From positions 1 to 64,000 of IMG/VR virus record IMGVR_UViG_3300043122_000207: a DNA stretch of 64,000 nt; one strand, given 5' to 3'. This document shows, in pieces, positions 28,236 through 37,856 of this stretch (position 1 is its first letter; each line of letters starts with the position of its first letter). A program made the translations under genes and the position numbers. The notes beneath the pieces were generated by a model. The model had not been told where the DNA came from. It worked only from the letters and a program-made list of their open reading frames with translations, and searched no databases. This stretch comes from a virus.

Positions 28236-28985
28236 ATGTTTTATGATATAGACGATAATTTAATTCTAAAGAAAAAAGAATATACTTCAATTAGACTAAA
28301 AAACAATAATGAAGATGATAAATCAAATAGTAAGTTAAACGATATTTCTATATTTATCCCGAATATTAATATAAAAGATTTGGATGTTATATTAAAGAAA
28401 TTTAAGACATCTGAATCTACAGATAAAGAATATATAGAAGATTTCACATTGACCCTTTTAGATGGGTATCAAGAAGAAATAAAGACCTATAATATAAAAC
28501 TGGATGATAAAGAAAATAAAGTCTTATTAGAGAATGTAAACTTTAAACAAAATGAAATTTATATTATTAAAATTGAATTTGATTTTTCAAATATCGAGGG
28601 GTTTATATTTGGAGAGTGGTTATACAATATAACATTTAATGTACCTGAGAGAAAGGATGTTTCTAAAGGTGATAATATGGGTGCTGATGAGTTTCTAGAA
28701 CATGTTTCTGAAATATTAAAAGAAGATGGTGTTTCATTTTCTAAAGCTTTAAAGGCTTGTAAGAGTGGAAAAAGAATCCAAAGAAAAGGTTGGAATGGAA
28801 AGGGTATGTTTGTGTATTATGTAGGAGAAGATTCTTACCCAGCTAAAACTAAAGCAGCTAAAAATACCTTTAAAGATAATGTACCTTATCTACCATATCT
28901 AGCTTTAAAGACTGTAGATGAAAAGGTAGTACCCTGGACTATATCCCAAACAGATGCTCTAGCAGAAGACTGGGTTATACTGTAA
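28236..28985 (+). CDS. tad2: Different N-terminal domain fused to second Tad2/DUF2829 domain
   Basis: FSKALKACKSGKRIQRKGWNGKGMFVY...PYL.LKTVDEKVVPWTISQTDALAEDW; internal AAGGTG + ATG at 28677. Confidence 0.75.
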   Translation: MFYDIDDNLILKKKEYTSIRLKNNNEDDKSNSKLNDISIFIPNINIKDLDVILKKFKTSESTDKEYIEDFTLTLLDGYQEEIKTYNIKLDDKENKVLLENVNFKQNEIYIIKIEFDFSNIEGFIFGEWLYNITFNVPERKDVSKGDNMGADEFLEHVSEILKEDGVSFSKALKACKSGKRIQRKGWNGKGMFVYYVGEDSYPAKTKAAKNTFKDNVPYLPYLALKTVDEKVVPWTISQTDALAEDWVIL

Positions 28986-29284
28986 TGAAAAAGATAATAT
29001 TACTAATAGTATTGACGGTCATATTTAGTACTAGTGTATATGCAGTAGATATAAATATTACCTATCCAAAAGAGTATGAAATAATAGATGTGGAATTAAT
29101 AGATCAAAGTAAGATTAAATGGGATATGCTTATTAAAGCTAAAGATGATAATGAGTTTATTATAATACCAATTGAATTAAATTTTAAAGCAAGTCCATTT
29201 GGTATATTAGGTGATAGGGGTCCAGATAAAATTACATTTTCTAAAGGTGATGTTTACAATCCATATATATCCTATAGTGATTAA
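28985..29284 (+). CDS. Exported protein with signal peptide
   Basis: MKKIILLIVLTVIFSTSVYA; TAATG coupling to upstream gene. Confidence 0.65.
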   Translation: MKKIILLIVLTVIFSTSVYAVDINITYPKEYEIIDVELIDQSKIKWDMLIKAKDDNEFIIIPIELNFKASPFGILGDRGPDKITFSKGDVYNPYISYSD

Positions 29285-29305
29285 GACAATATAAGGGGGG
29301 CACCA

Positions 29306-29821
29306 ATGAGTTTATTTATTAAAGATAGATTAGATTATTTAACTAAAAAAGAAAATGAGATCAGTAAAGAAAAGAAATTGGAATCAAAAAAGCTATTGAT
29401 TAAAAACTTGTGTGATAAACCTGATACTATGTTTTATAACCTTGCTTTATCTGCAGTACTTAATTCTGGTAAGTTTAAAGATAAGTATATAAGGCGAATT
29501 GTAAAGATTGGGATATTACAGGTTTCAGAAGGTAAAAGAGTATTTAAAAGAAATGATTTATCTTTTGATAATATGTGTAACCTTAAAGAAGAATTAGAAT
29601 ATATTAAACCTATTAGTGTTCATACAAAAAAAGAAATGACTTTATATATAAAAAAAGACTTTGAAATAAATGAACACATCACAACATTGGAATCAAAGTA
29701 TCCTGATCTTAGTAGAGAAACTATAGCACACGAAATAAATAAATTATTAATTAAGGTGCCTATTGATATTATATCAGGTTCTCTTAAATTATCATTTAGA
29801 TTATTAGAATCATATATTTAA
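29306..29821 (+). CDS. Hypothetical protein
   Basis: 171-aa ORF followed by hairpin gctgag...ctcagc. Confidence 0.55.
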   Translation: MSLFIKDRLDYLTKKENEISKEKKLESKKLLIKNLCDKPDTMFYNLALSAVLNSGKFKDKYIRRIVKIGILQVSEGKRVFKRNDLSFDNMCNLKEELEYIKPISVHTKKEMTLYIKKDFEINEHITTLESKYPDLSRETIAHEINKLLIKVPIDIISGSLKLSFRLLESYI

Positions 29822-29873
29822 AATATTAAGCTGAGGGTTTAAATACTCTCAGCTATCACTAACTGTTTTATAA

Positions 29874-29884
29874 TTATATATTAT
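29874..29884 (+). promoter_or_regulatory. TTATATATTAT motif, putative early phage promoter
   Basis: Recurrent 11-mer followed by GTGAAAG; upstream of 29996. Confidence 0.6.
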
Positions 29885-29995
29885 AAAAGTGAAAGAAGAA
29901 TAAATGTTATTACTTATTAATCCGCCCTCCCAAAGAGGAGATAATACTACGGGGCGAACCAAGTCATGGGTGCTACACTTTAGGAGGTGTTTTAA

Positions 29996-30649
29996 ATGAC
30001 TAAAATTAATATTGAAGATGTAAAGGTAAACGGTGGAGCTTACTTAGTAGAGGATACAATGGTATGGTCAGCAGGATGGGATGAGAAGTATTACAAGAAG
30101 AATATTAAATTCTTTGATTTACTTATTAAAGCCGAATATGATGAACTTATTCTGGCAGTGGATATGGAAAACACCCATATCTATTATGAACTGGTTGTCA
30201 TAAGAAAAGATGATAAAGACTTAGTAGTACCTCTACCATTAGTAATGGAGACATTACACTTTGGTGGGGGGTATGAAGATTGGGATGAGTTTATCAGTGA
30301 TTCTGCCATAGTTTGGTTGAATGAAGATATTGATGAAGGTGTTGATCACAGAACCTTTAGTAAAGTGATGACAAGAAAGAATTATTATCTTGATAGAGAG
30401 TATAAAGATAATAAAAAGAAGATAGATGTTATAGCTGAACTTCTAGAAGAAGAATGTATAGAGCTCCCCAAAAGTTATAATACAGAAGGAGAACTATTTA
30501 ATATTATAACTTTCCATTTCGATAATGATGATAATTGGGATGGTGAAATAACAATTTCAACTAAGATGGATGAAGGTTATGGTGATAAAATTTACACACA
30601 CCATTTAACTTTTGAAGAATTAGTCGAGATAATAGAGGAAGCTTATTAA
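29996..30649 (+). CDS. Hypothetical acidic protein
   Basis: 217 aa, AGGAGGTG RBS, followed by ggggt...acccc + T-run terminator. Confidence 0.65.
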   Translation: MTKINIEDVKVNGGAYLVEDTMVWSAGWDEKYYKKNIKFFDLLIKAEYDELILAVDMENTHIYYELVVIRKDDKDLVVPLPLVMETLHFGGGYEDWDEFISDSAIVWLNEDIDEGVDHRTFSKVMTRKNYYLDREYKDNKKKIDVIAELLEEECIELPKSYNTEGELFNIITFHFDNDDNWDGEITISTKMDEGYGDKIYTHHLTFEELVEIIEEAY

Positions 30650-30701
30650 ATAATCAGGGGTGTAAAAACCCCTCTTTATTTTTTTAAAAAGGAGAGATAA
30701 A

Positions 30702-30770
30702 ATGTATTCTATTTTAGAGTTTATCTTTTTAATGGCAATAGGTATATTCTTTTTGGTCAGTCTAATATAA
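30702..30770 (+). CDS. 22-aa hydrophobic membrane micropeptide
   Basis: AAGGAG RBS + MYSILEFIFLMAIGIFFLVSLI*; below ORF-track cutoff. Confidence 0.45.
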   Translation: MYSILEFIFLMAIGIFFLVSLI

Positions 30771-30797
30771 CACTAAATAATTAAAGGAGATGGTAAT

Positions 30798-31994
30798 ATG
30801 TTAAACGATATTTATGATTTAACCGATTATGATGGTATTGGAAAAAAGACAGTAATAAAAATAATCGATGCAGGATTAGGTGGATATAGACAGTTAAAGA
30901 ACAATCCCGGTATGTTATATATCCTGGATTTTGATATTCAGGGGTTATTAGAGTATTTAGGAGATAATGGTGTAACTCATAGATCCACTGATATATTAAG
31001 AGCCGTTAAAAAGATAAAAGAAGAAGGTGATATAAAAGAAATAAAAGAAGTTTTATCTTTTGAATTACCAATAGATAAGTTTAAAGATTCTAATTTCTTA
31101 TTACAATTTAAAAGAAAGTGGAATGAAAGTTTATCACACACCATAGAGTTTAATTCCACTCCAGAAAACATATATAAATATGGGAAGACAATAGGGCTTT
31201 TAAATAAGTTAGAAAGGGGTTTTAGTGTAGAAGATAAAGAGGTTCAATTTATAATAGACACAATAGGTTTTAAAGATTTAGAGTTATTAGAAAATAAAGG
31301 AGATGCTGATATGGAAAAGGATATCGATGATTTTGAAAATACCGAAGTCGATTGGGAAGATAAGACTATATTCGAGCTATCAAAGGAATTTGATATAGAT
31401 GAAAATGATAGGGGTTTTATATTAAAGTTTAAAAGAAAGTTTAATAAACTTGTACCTCTTGAAATAGATGTAGAAAATAGTATGTTAGATATAGATCAGA
31501 TCAATAGATTTAAAAAGATATCATCCAATGTTGCTATGGGGAAAGCTATTAGTGAATTTGATTTACGTTATATCTTATGTATTCTAGATACAATATATAG
31601 GGAAGAAGGTATTGAAGATACTACCATACAGGCCGATAGGAATAGGATGGTATTATCTAGAGAAGACGATGATAGAAGGTTTAGAAGAGATAGAAGTTTT
31701 TTGAATTCTAGAGAATCATTTGAAAGACCTTCTTTTATAGGACGTATTGATAGAGATGATAGAAGAAACAGAAGAAGAGACAATACCAGAAGAAGGGATT
31801 CAATCTTTAGAGGGGTTGATGCTGAAATAGAAGCTATATTGGAAGATCATGTTACAGACGAGACTCTTTTAAAGTTTATTGAAAAATTAGAGGACATGAC
31901 ATATGAAAAGGAAATGGACTTTCCTGTTAATAAATCGATTATGTTCGAAATATTAAAAAAGAGATTATCTAAAAATATAAGGGGGAGAAGATAA
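30798..31994 (+). CDS. Hypothetical protein with N-terminal helix-hairpin-helix motif and R/D-rich segment
   Basis: LTDYDGIGKKTVIKIIDAG (HhH-like); DDRRFRRDR...DRDDRRNRRRDNTRRRD. Confidence 0.55.
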   Translation: MLNDIYDLTDYDGIGKKTVIKIIDAGLGGYRQLKNNPGMLYILDFDIQGLLEYLGDNGVTHRSTDILRAVKKIKEEGDIKEIKEVLSFELPIDKFKDSNFLLQFKRKWNESLSHTIEFNSTPENIYKYGKTIGLLNKLERGFSVEDKEVQFIIDTIGFKDLELLENKGDADMEKDIDDFENTEVDWEDKTIFELSKEFDIDENDRGFILKFKRKFNKLVPLEIDVENSMLDIDQINRFKKISSNVAMGKAISEFDLRYILCILDTIYREEGIEDTTIQADRNRMVLSREDDDRRFRRDRSFLNSRESFERPSFIGRIDRDDRRNRRRDNTRRRDSIFRGVDAEIEAILEDHVTDETLLKFIEKLEDMTYEKEMDFPVNKSIMFEILKKRLSKNIRGRR

Positions 31995-32419
31995 TGATTG
32001 TAAAACCTAATCTTAAAGGAAAAACAAGGAAAGAGATTTTATTTGATGGTGTTAAAGAAAAGGCAGAAAAAGAAAGAAAAGAATATGTTGAAGGTACAAA
32101 CCTAGATGAACTTAATAAAGAAGGTAAGTTAGCTTATGAGGCTAGCTTACTTGTATTTGATGATTTCATCTTAAAGGTAATGGTCCCAGAAAATATGGAA
32201 CTTACTGGCAAAAGATTTGTAACCATTACAGTATCTAAAGATGAGGTTAATGCTTTATTCAATAAGATGTATGATAAGATAAATAAAGCAGCTGTAAGGA
32301 ACTTTGTCCATAAGATGCATCATTTATATTTTGAAGAGTTTAATGGTCAAACTAATGTTATTGATGTAGGTACAGGAAGTAAGTTTGAATCAATAACATA
32401 TAAACTTGTAATCGAGTAA
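31994..32419 (+). CDS. Hypothetical protein
   Basis: 141 aa, coupled to upstream gene. Confidence 0.6.
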   Translation: MIVKPNLKGKTRKEILFDGVKEKAEKERKEYVEGTNLDELNKEGKLAYEASLLVFDDFILKVMVPENMELTGKRFVTITVSKDEVNALFNKMYDKINKAAVRNFVHKMHHLYFEEFNGQTNVIDVGTGSKFESITYKLVIE

Positions 32420-32427
32420 GTGATGAT

Positions 32428-32820
32428 ATGGATTTAGTTTTTAAATTTATACTGAGTTTTATAATCTTTAGTCAAACTATTAAGAGTATACAAAGTGATA
32501 TCAAAAGAAGAAAGATGAGAAAAGAAGCAATTGAAAAGTTTATACTTAAAGCAAATAAAATATTAAAGGGTGATAATATGGATATTAATATAACCACACA
32601 GTTAGAGGATTTCGGTCTTAAAGAATTAGATGATGCAGCTAAATTACTTTTAGTTTATAAAAAAGAAATAAGAGAAGATAAACTCACAGATGAATTTAAA
32701 AAAGAAGATGTTAAACTTTGTTTCAATAAAAACAATGGTAAAGTTAAGTTGGTTAATGTTTATGGTGATGCATTGGTCAGAGATGATAATAGACTCTTTT
32801 TAGAAAGGGTTGTGGATTAA
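32428..32820 (+). CDS. Hypothetical protein with N-terminal hydrophobic segment
   Basis: MDLVFKFILSFIIFSQTI. Confidence 0.55.
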   Translation: MDLVFKFILSFIIFSQTIKSIQSDIKRRKMRKEAIEKFILKANKILKGDNMDINITTQLEDFGLKELDDAAKLLLVYKKEIREDKLTDEFKKEDVKLCFNKNNGKVKLVNVYGDALVRDDNRLFLERVVD

Positions 32821-33048
32821 TGAAGTCATTTACCTTTATTAATTATTTAAATAAAGAATTAGATAAACTATCAGATGAAGAAAGATTAAAAGCTTTTAAT
32901 GAATATAATAAAGGCTTACGAGGTATTAATCATTTTAAAGATAAAAGAAATACATTCAATAATAAGCAGGATTAATCCCCTGCTTTATTTTTTTAAATTT
33001 GAAACACTTATATAGTTAGATATTATAACAGTACAGGAGGATGATAAA

Positions 33049-33525
33049 ATGAATTCAATGAATAAAGAGGAATGTTCTAACCCAACATTGTATGGAAAAT
33101 TAATTGCAGGTGGATACAATATACCTGAAAATGTTGACTCTATAAAAATTGCTCATTTAGATTTTAATGAACCTGAAACATTAGATGATGGCACTGGGGG
33201 GTTTATTATGGATAAAAATAAAATGGCAAATAAACTAAAGAAGATGTTAATGGAATCAGAACTTAAGGGTAATGATAAAAAGACATTGGTTCATACTCAA
33301 GGTTATACCATAACAGAAATTAAAGGGGGGAAAAAAGAAGACTTTAATAAATTAGATATGATAGATATCCTCTCTAATCACTTTAATGTATTAGATGCGA
33401 TAATAAAAGATATGGGTGAGGATAATATAAAGATGACATATCTTAACTGGACTGTTTTAAGTTTAGGTTCTTTTTTACCTGTAAGTGGAAATAAGATAGA
33501 TATTACTATAGAGTTTTTTACTTAA
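33049..33525 (+). CDS. Hypothetical protein
   Basis: 158 aa, AGGAGG RBS. Confidence 0.6.
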   Translation: MNSMNKEECSNPTLYGKLIAGGYNIPENVDSIKIAHLDFNEPETLDDGTGGFIMDKNKMANKLKKMLMESELKGNDKKTLVHTQGYTITEIKGGKKEDFNKLDMIDILSNHFNVLDAIIKDMGEDNIKMTYLNWTVLSLGSFLPVSGNKIDITIEFFT

Positions 33526-33542
33526 ATAAAGGAGGTGGACTA

Positions 33543-33776
33543 ATGGATGACATGAATATAAAAGAAATACTAGATAGCTTATATAGGGATTTAAATCATG
33601 GGTGGTTTATAAATAAGCGTTTATTTAAAAAAGGTAAGATAGGTTTATCAAAGTATATGGTGTATAACAGCTTAGAGCTTTTAAAGTTTATCTTTATTAT
33701 TTTACTGCTTATTGCAGCTTCTTTGGTATTGCCTTTATATTTGGTATTTAAATTCATTAAAGAAAAGATTGGATAG
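33543..33776 (+). CDS. Small membrane protein
   Basis: C-terminal TM FIFIILLLIAASLVLPLYLVF; GGAGGTG RBS. Confidence 0.65.
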   Translation: MDDMNIKEILDSLYRDLNHGWFINKRLFKKGKIGLSKYMVYNSLELLKFIFIILLLIAASLVLPLYLVFKFIKEKIG

Positions 33777-33785
33777 GAGGATAAG

Positions 33786-34076
33786 ATGGATTATCTAGAA
33801 AAGGTAATAAGAGATAAATTCTTAGAACATTTAAAAGCATTAGAGAAAAATGTAAAAAAATATGAACTCTATGATTACGGTCTATTTGAATTCATGAATA
33901 AAAATGGTTACAGGTTACTTAGAGAAGAAGGATTAGAATGGCTTAAAAAGACAAGTATACTAGTACAAGAAGAGGTCTTAGTTCATAGAGAATTTAAAGC
34001 CTTCATAAATGATTATTATGAAGGTACATTACCAGAGTGGTTTATTAAAAAGTACGGACTTAAAAATAATAACTAG
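33786..34076 (+). CDS. Hypothetical protein
   Basis: 96 aa, AGGAGG RBS. Confidence 0.6.
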   Translation: MDYLEKVIRDKFLEHLKALEKNVKKYELYDYGLFEFMNKNGYRLLREEGLEWLKKTSILVQEEVLVHREFKAFINDYYEGTLPEWFIKKYGLKNNN

Positions 34077-34087
34077 GAGGAAGTTTA

Positions 34088-34900
34088 ATGCGTGAAAGAG
34101 GTTTTAAGTTCATTTCAAATAGACAAATGGTTGAGGATATAAAAAAGGCAATAGAAGTTAATGATTATTCTATGATGACAGGTGAGCTTAGAGTATTAGA
34201 ATATAAGATAAATGATTTAGAATATAATAAAGGGTTAAGAGATTTAGAATGTTTTACATTCCCTAAAAGGGCCACAATGCATTCAGCAGGTCATGATTTA
34301 TATTTACCAATAGATATTAGATTATCCCCAGGTGAAGTGATCAGTCTACCACTTGGTATTAAAGCATATATGCAAATAGATGAATCAATGGATATTTATC
34401 CAAGAAGTGGTTTAGGTTTTAAATACTTTATTAGACTTGCTAATACAATCGGTCTAATAGATTCTGATTATTATAACAATAGATCAAATGAGGGTAGTAT
34501 CTGGATTAAGATAAGAAATGAAGGCGATAAGGTTCTAGAGCTTAAAAGAGATGAAGCTATAGCTCAGGCTCGCTTTAGTAAGTATTTAATAGCCGATTCA
34601 GAAAGTTTTGATGAGGGTGATTTAAGAGAAGGTGGAATGGGTTCTACATCATCTGGTTTATCTAGTTTTAATAGTATTAAAGAAGACACCTTTGATGATA
34701 AAGAATTTATTAAAACAATGAAAGAAGCTAAAAAGACATTTAATGAAAGTATAAAAGAACATGAAGAGTTTGCTAAAGAATTACAGGATGTTGATTTAGA
34801 TGATGAAAAAGAACTTAAAGAGTTTATTGAAAAACATGATTTAGATAAATCAAAGATAGTAACACTTGATACATTAACTGCTTTAGGTTTTGATGATTAA
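34088..34900 (+). CDS. dut: Trimeric dUTPase with N- and C-terminal extensions
   Basis: Five motifs: SAGHDL, PRSGLGFK, GLIDSDYY, AIAQARF, REGGMGST; extra ~80-aa charged C-terminal tail. Confidence 0.9.
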   Translation: MRERGFKFISNRQMVEDIKKAIEVNDYSMMTGELRVLEYKINDLEYNKGLRDLECFTFPKRATMHSAGHDLYLPIDIRLSPGEVISLPLGIKAYMQIDESMDIYPRSGLGFKYFIRLANTIGLIDSDYYNNRSNEGSIWIKIRNEGDKVLELKRDEAIAQARFSKYLIADSESFDEGDLREGGMGSTSSGLSSFNSIKEDTFDDKEFIKTMKEAKKTFNESIKEHEEFAKELQDVDLDDEKELKEFIEKHDLDKSKIVTLDTLTALGFDD

Positions 34901-34910
34901 AATCATATAA

Positions 34911-34930
34911 CCCGAGGTTAAACCCTCGGG
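34911..34930. terminator. Bidirectional terminator hairpin
   Basis: cccgagg-ttaaac-cctcggg then T run, between convergent genes. Confidence 0.7.
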
Positions 34931-35256
34931 CTTATTTTTTTGATTAGATATTTATCTAGATTATATTTTTTTATTAGTTCATCCATTTTCTTCTCATTAT
35001 AGTTTTTAGAGTATTTGGTATGTATTGATTTAATTAAAATAGTTTGATCCATTTGCTGGTGAAACTCTTTATTTACATTGTAATAGGTTTTCAATTTATA
35101 TAACCTTATAACAAACTTAGTCTTTTCATTTAAGTGTAGTGGTCTATATTGGAGCTTATAATTGTGCTGCATAGATACTAAACCCTTTAATCTTTTTATT
35201 AAATCTATATGGGGTTTTATAAGTTTATTTTTTATATTATTAATAAATGTTTTCAT
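34918..35256 (-). CDS. Hypothetical basic protein
   Basis: 112 aa, GGAGG RBS. Confidence 0.55.
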   Translation of the reverse strand: MKTFINNIKNKLIKPHIDLIKRLKGLVSMQHNYKLQYRPLHLNEKTKFVIRLYKLKTYYNVNKEFHQQMDQTILIKSIHTKYSKNYNEKKMDELIKKYNLDKYLIKKISPRV

Positions 35257-35267
35257 AAACCCTCCCC

Positions 35268-35657
35268 CTACAATTTTATTGGGTTTTTAATATTTAACCT
35301 AATTGGTGTTTTAATTGCTATCATATCATAATTTATATTGGTGTATGTGACAGACTTATCTATTTTAAATTCACTCATTTTTATTTTCATATAACAGTTT
35401 TTATCTATACCTTTATCTTTTAAATAGTTTTTTAACCCGTTGACCGATAGATGTATTCCTATATGGTCTTTATGTTTATTTGACACTTTTAAATAACCTT
35501 TATTTATATCTTCATCTGATATTGGTAAATAACCATACTTTCCTTTTAGAGTATCTAGAGCTTTTTTAAAACTTTTCATATAAACCCCCTTTGTTTTTAA
35601 AAAATGACTATAACATTTATAATTATATATTATAATAGTGTTAGGAAGAATAATCAA
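35268..35657 (-). CDS. Hypothetical protein (probable start MKSFKK at ~35580)
   Basis: AAAGGGGG RBS before ATG ~35580. Confidence 0.5.
   Translation of the reverse strand: MIILPNTIIIYNYKCYSHFLKTKGVYMKSFKKALDTLKGKYGYLPISDEDINKGYLKVSNKHKDHIGIHLSVNGLKNYLKDKGIDKNCYMKIKMSEFKIDKSVTYTNINYDMIAIKTPIRLNIKNPIKL
35623..35633 (+). promoter_or_regulatory. TTATATATTAT motif, putative early phage promoter
   Basis: Recurrent 11-mer upstream of 35683. Confidence 0.55.
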
Positions 35658-35682
35658 TACATAATAAAGGAGATGGATAAAA

Positions 35683-36189
35683 ATGAGAAAGATTTATAAT
35701 GTTGTGGTATTTAATATTGTATATTATCTGTTGATATTGGGTAGTTATTTAAGAGGGAATATTGAATATCAAATAAAAGATGGAAGAAAGATTAGAGTTA
35801 TTAAAAATGATTTGATTGTTAGATGGTATGGATTTGGGTATGGTGTTGCAGTATTGGATAGGGGAGATATATTTATGGAGGAAAATTTAAATGATGATAT
35901 AAATGATTTTGTTAAATTTCATGAGATGGGTCATATAATAAATGGTCATTATAAAGATGAAAGGAATTTAAGTGATGAATTGGAAGCTGATAGTTATGCT
36001 ATTGGTGAGTTATTTAAATTAGGATATAATAAAAAAGAGATAGAGAATATAATAAGAGAGATGATGAATAGGAGTATTAGATCATTTATAAATAGTGATC
36101 TAGAAAAAGAAGATAAAGAATATTATATTGATTTATTAGAAAAAGAAAGAAAAGAGAGAATAGAAAATATAAAAAAGCAGAGAAATTAA
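35683..36189 (+). CDS. Zincin metallopeptidase-like protein (ImmA/IrrE-like) with N-terminal hydrophobic segment
   Basis: FHEMGHII (HExxH) and downstream ELEADSYA. Confidence 0.7.
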   Translation: MRKIYNVVVFNIVYYLLILGSYLRGNIEYQIKDGRKIRVIKNDLIVRWYGFGYGVAVLDRGDIFMEENLNDDINDFVKFHEMGHIINGHYKDERNLSDELEADSYAIGELFKLGYNKKEIENIIREMMNRSIRSFINSDLEKEDKEYYIDLLEKERKERIENIKKQRN

Positions 36190-36207
36190 TCTCTGCTTTA
36201 TTTTTTT

Positions 36208-36648
36208 TTATATAATAAACTGATTTAAATCATCGATATCATAATATTCTAGAGTCATCTTATGAGTCTTCTTTAAGGATTTCTGAGCAAGCTCTGTATA
36301 TACTTTAGATACTGGCACACCTAAATTAATTGGTTTATCATATTCATTTAATAATTTATAGTATCTTTCACCAGCACATTTATTACATATTTTTTCTGTT
36401 AAACAACCCATAGGATATCTTATCTCAATGTCTTTACCTATATATTTTTTTATATTATCATAATCTAAAAGGGTGAGTTCTTTTCCATCAACCATATAAG
36501 CATCTATATATTCACTTTGGTTATCTTCAGTCACATGGACAGTTCTATACTTTTTAGTACCACAATCAGTACCATGTTTATCAGCATATAAACCCTGTAA
36601 TACTGAACCACCTCTTTTTTTCTGGTATCCACCCATTGCAGTATTCCT
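36208..36648 (-). CDS. rpoC: RNA polymerase beta' subunit, exon 3
   Basis: RNTAMGGYQKK (bridge-helix TAxxGY), DCGTK, IRYPMGC...ICNKCAG Zn site. Confidence 0.9.
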   Translation of the reverse strand, partial: RNTAMGGYQKKRGGSVLQGLYADKHGTDCGTKKYRTVHVTEDNQSEYIDAYMVDGKELTLLDYDNIKKYIGKDIEIRYPMGCLTEKICNKCAGERYYKLLNEYDKPINLGVPVSKVYTELAQKSLKKTHKMTLEYYDIDDLNQFII

Positions 36649-36926
36649 CGTTACCTTCATATAGATTCGTTAAATCTATACAGTTCTTTTATGAACTTCT
36701 CATGTTCACACATGAAGTCGAGACTATATCTTTACCATATGTATTTAAACACTTAGGTATTCCGCTTTTCCAACTTACTTAAGTTGTACTCCCTAGAAGG
36801 GATAGTCGTTGAACTACACCTATCGATATAGCTGCTGATTATCTCACACCCTTTAGGATATGACATTTTCCAGCAATTAACGGAATCATAATATATATTC
36901 TTTCGAATATACACGCCTAGAAATTA
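36649..36926 (-). ncRNA. Group I intron (278 nt, no ORF) in RNAP beta' gene
   Basis: Minus-strand core: P AATTGCTGGAAA (36878-36867), Q AATCAGCAGC (36840-36831), R GTTCAACGACTA (36814-36803), S AAGATATAGTCT (36732-36721); 5' exon ends in U, intron ends in G; P10 AUUUCU pairs with 3' exon AGGAAU; splicing gives GGYFRA|RNTAMGGY. Confidence 0.9.
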
Positions 36927-37856
36927 AGCCCGAAAGTACCCACCTAATATCATAGAAGAGGATACTTTATGAATATCTGATTTCTTTAAACCATCCACAT
37001 AGTTAGATGTTGTTACATGGAATTTAGTTGAGTTTAAATTAGCAGGTATAGCACCAACCATAAGTGAACTCTTTTTAAATGAGTTACCTAATGAAGGACC
37101 TGCACCAGATAGATAGTGCTGCATTTGTGGATTATCTTTATAAACTTCTTTTACTTTTTCAATTAGTTTTTCTTCTATCTCACTTACTATTTCTGTATCA
37201 CCATTTTCGATAGCCTCTTTATTATCTTTAATTAGTTTATCTCTTAACTTTTTAATAGATGGATCTACATTCATCATATCGACACTTAAAGAAGGATTAA
37301 CAAAAGAAGACATCCTAAGTGAAAAATCCTCAAATCTATTAAGGAGCGATTTGTATTCTTTCATATCTAATTCTTTATTTAATACTTTAGCACCTATATA
37401 GTTTAGATGGTATTGGATTTTCTTTTCAGTAAAGGTATCGTTTTGATAGTCATAACCTACTGGATCAAATATTATTTTATTGATAAGTAGTTTACCCAAA
37501 GTAGTCTCTGTCTTTTTATTGATACCTTTATAATCACCTTTTTTTAAAATAACTTTATCATTTAATTCATATATCTTATCACGGTTTGGGAACTTACCTA
37601 AACCTAAATCACGCAATATATATTTGACTGTGAAGTCTTCTTTTTTAGCATTTAGTATTTCTGAGACTTTATCTCTTTTAACTATCTTATTATCTTTAGT
37701 AGGTGGCAAAGACATAGAATATAAACATTGAGCTGATTCAAGATCAATACCTTTATTATTAGTTCCTTTATTATCGAATACATAAAGTGGATCATCTATC
37801 TTTTCTGCACATTCTAAATTAGCCTCTTCGGAGAATACACCGCGATTACCAGTTTT
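36927..37856 (-). CDS. rpoC: RNA polymerase beta' subunit, exon 2
   Basis: Frame open from 37856 (KTGNRGVFSEEAN...QCLYSMSLPP) through ORF 36924..37715 to SNYVDGL...GGYFRA; 930 nt = 310 codons. Confidence 0.9.

Noticed and set aside
36649-36660. Start MKVT of ORF 36208..36660 as an independent gene
   Set aside because: No RBS; these bases are the 3' end of intron B and the exon begins at RNT (36648)
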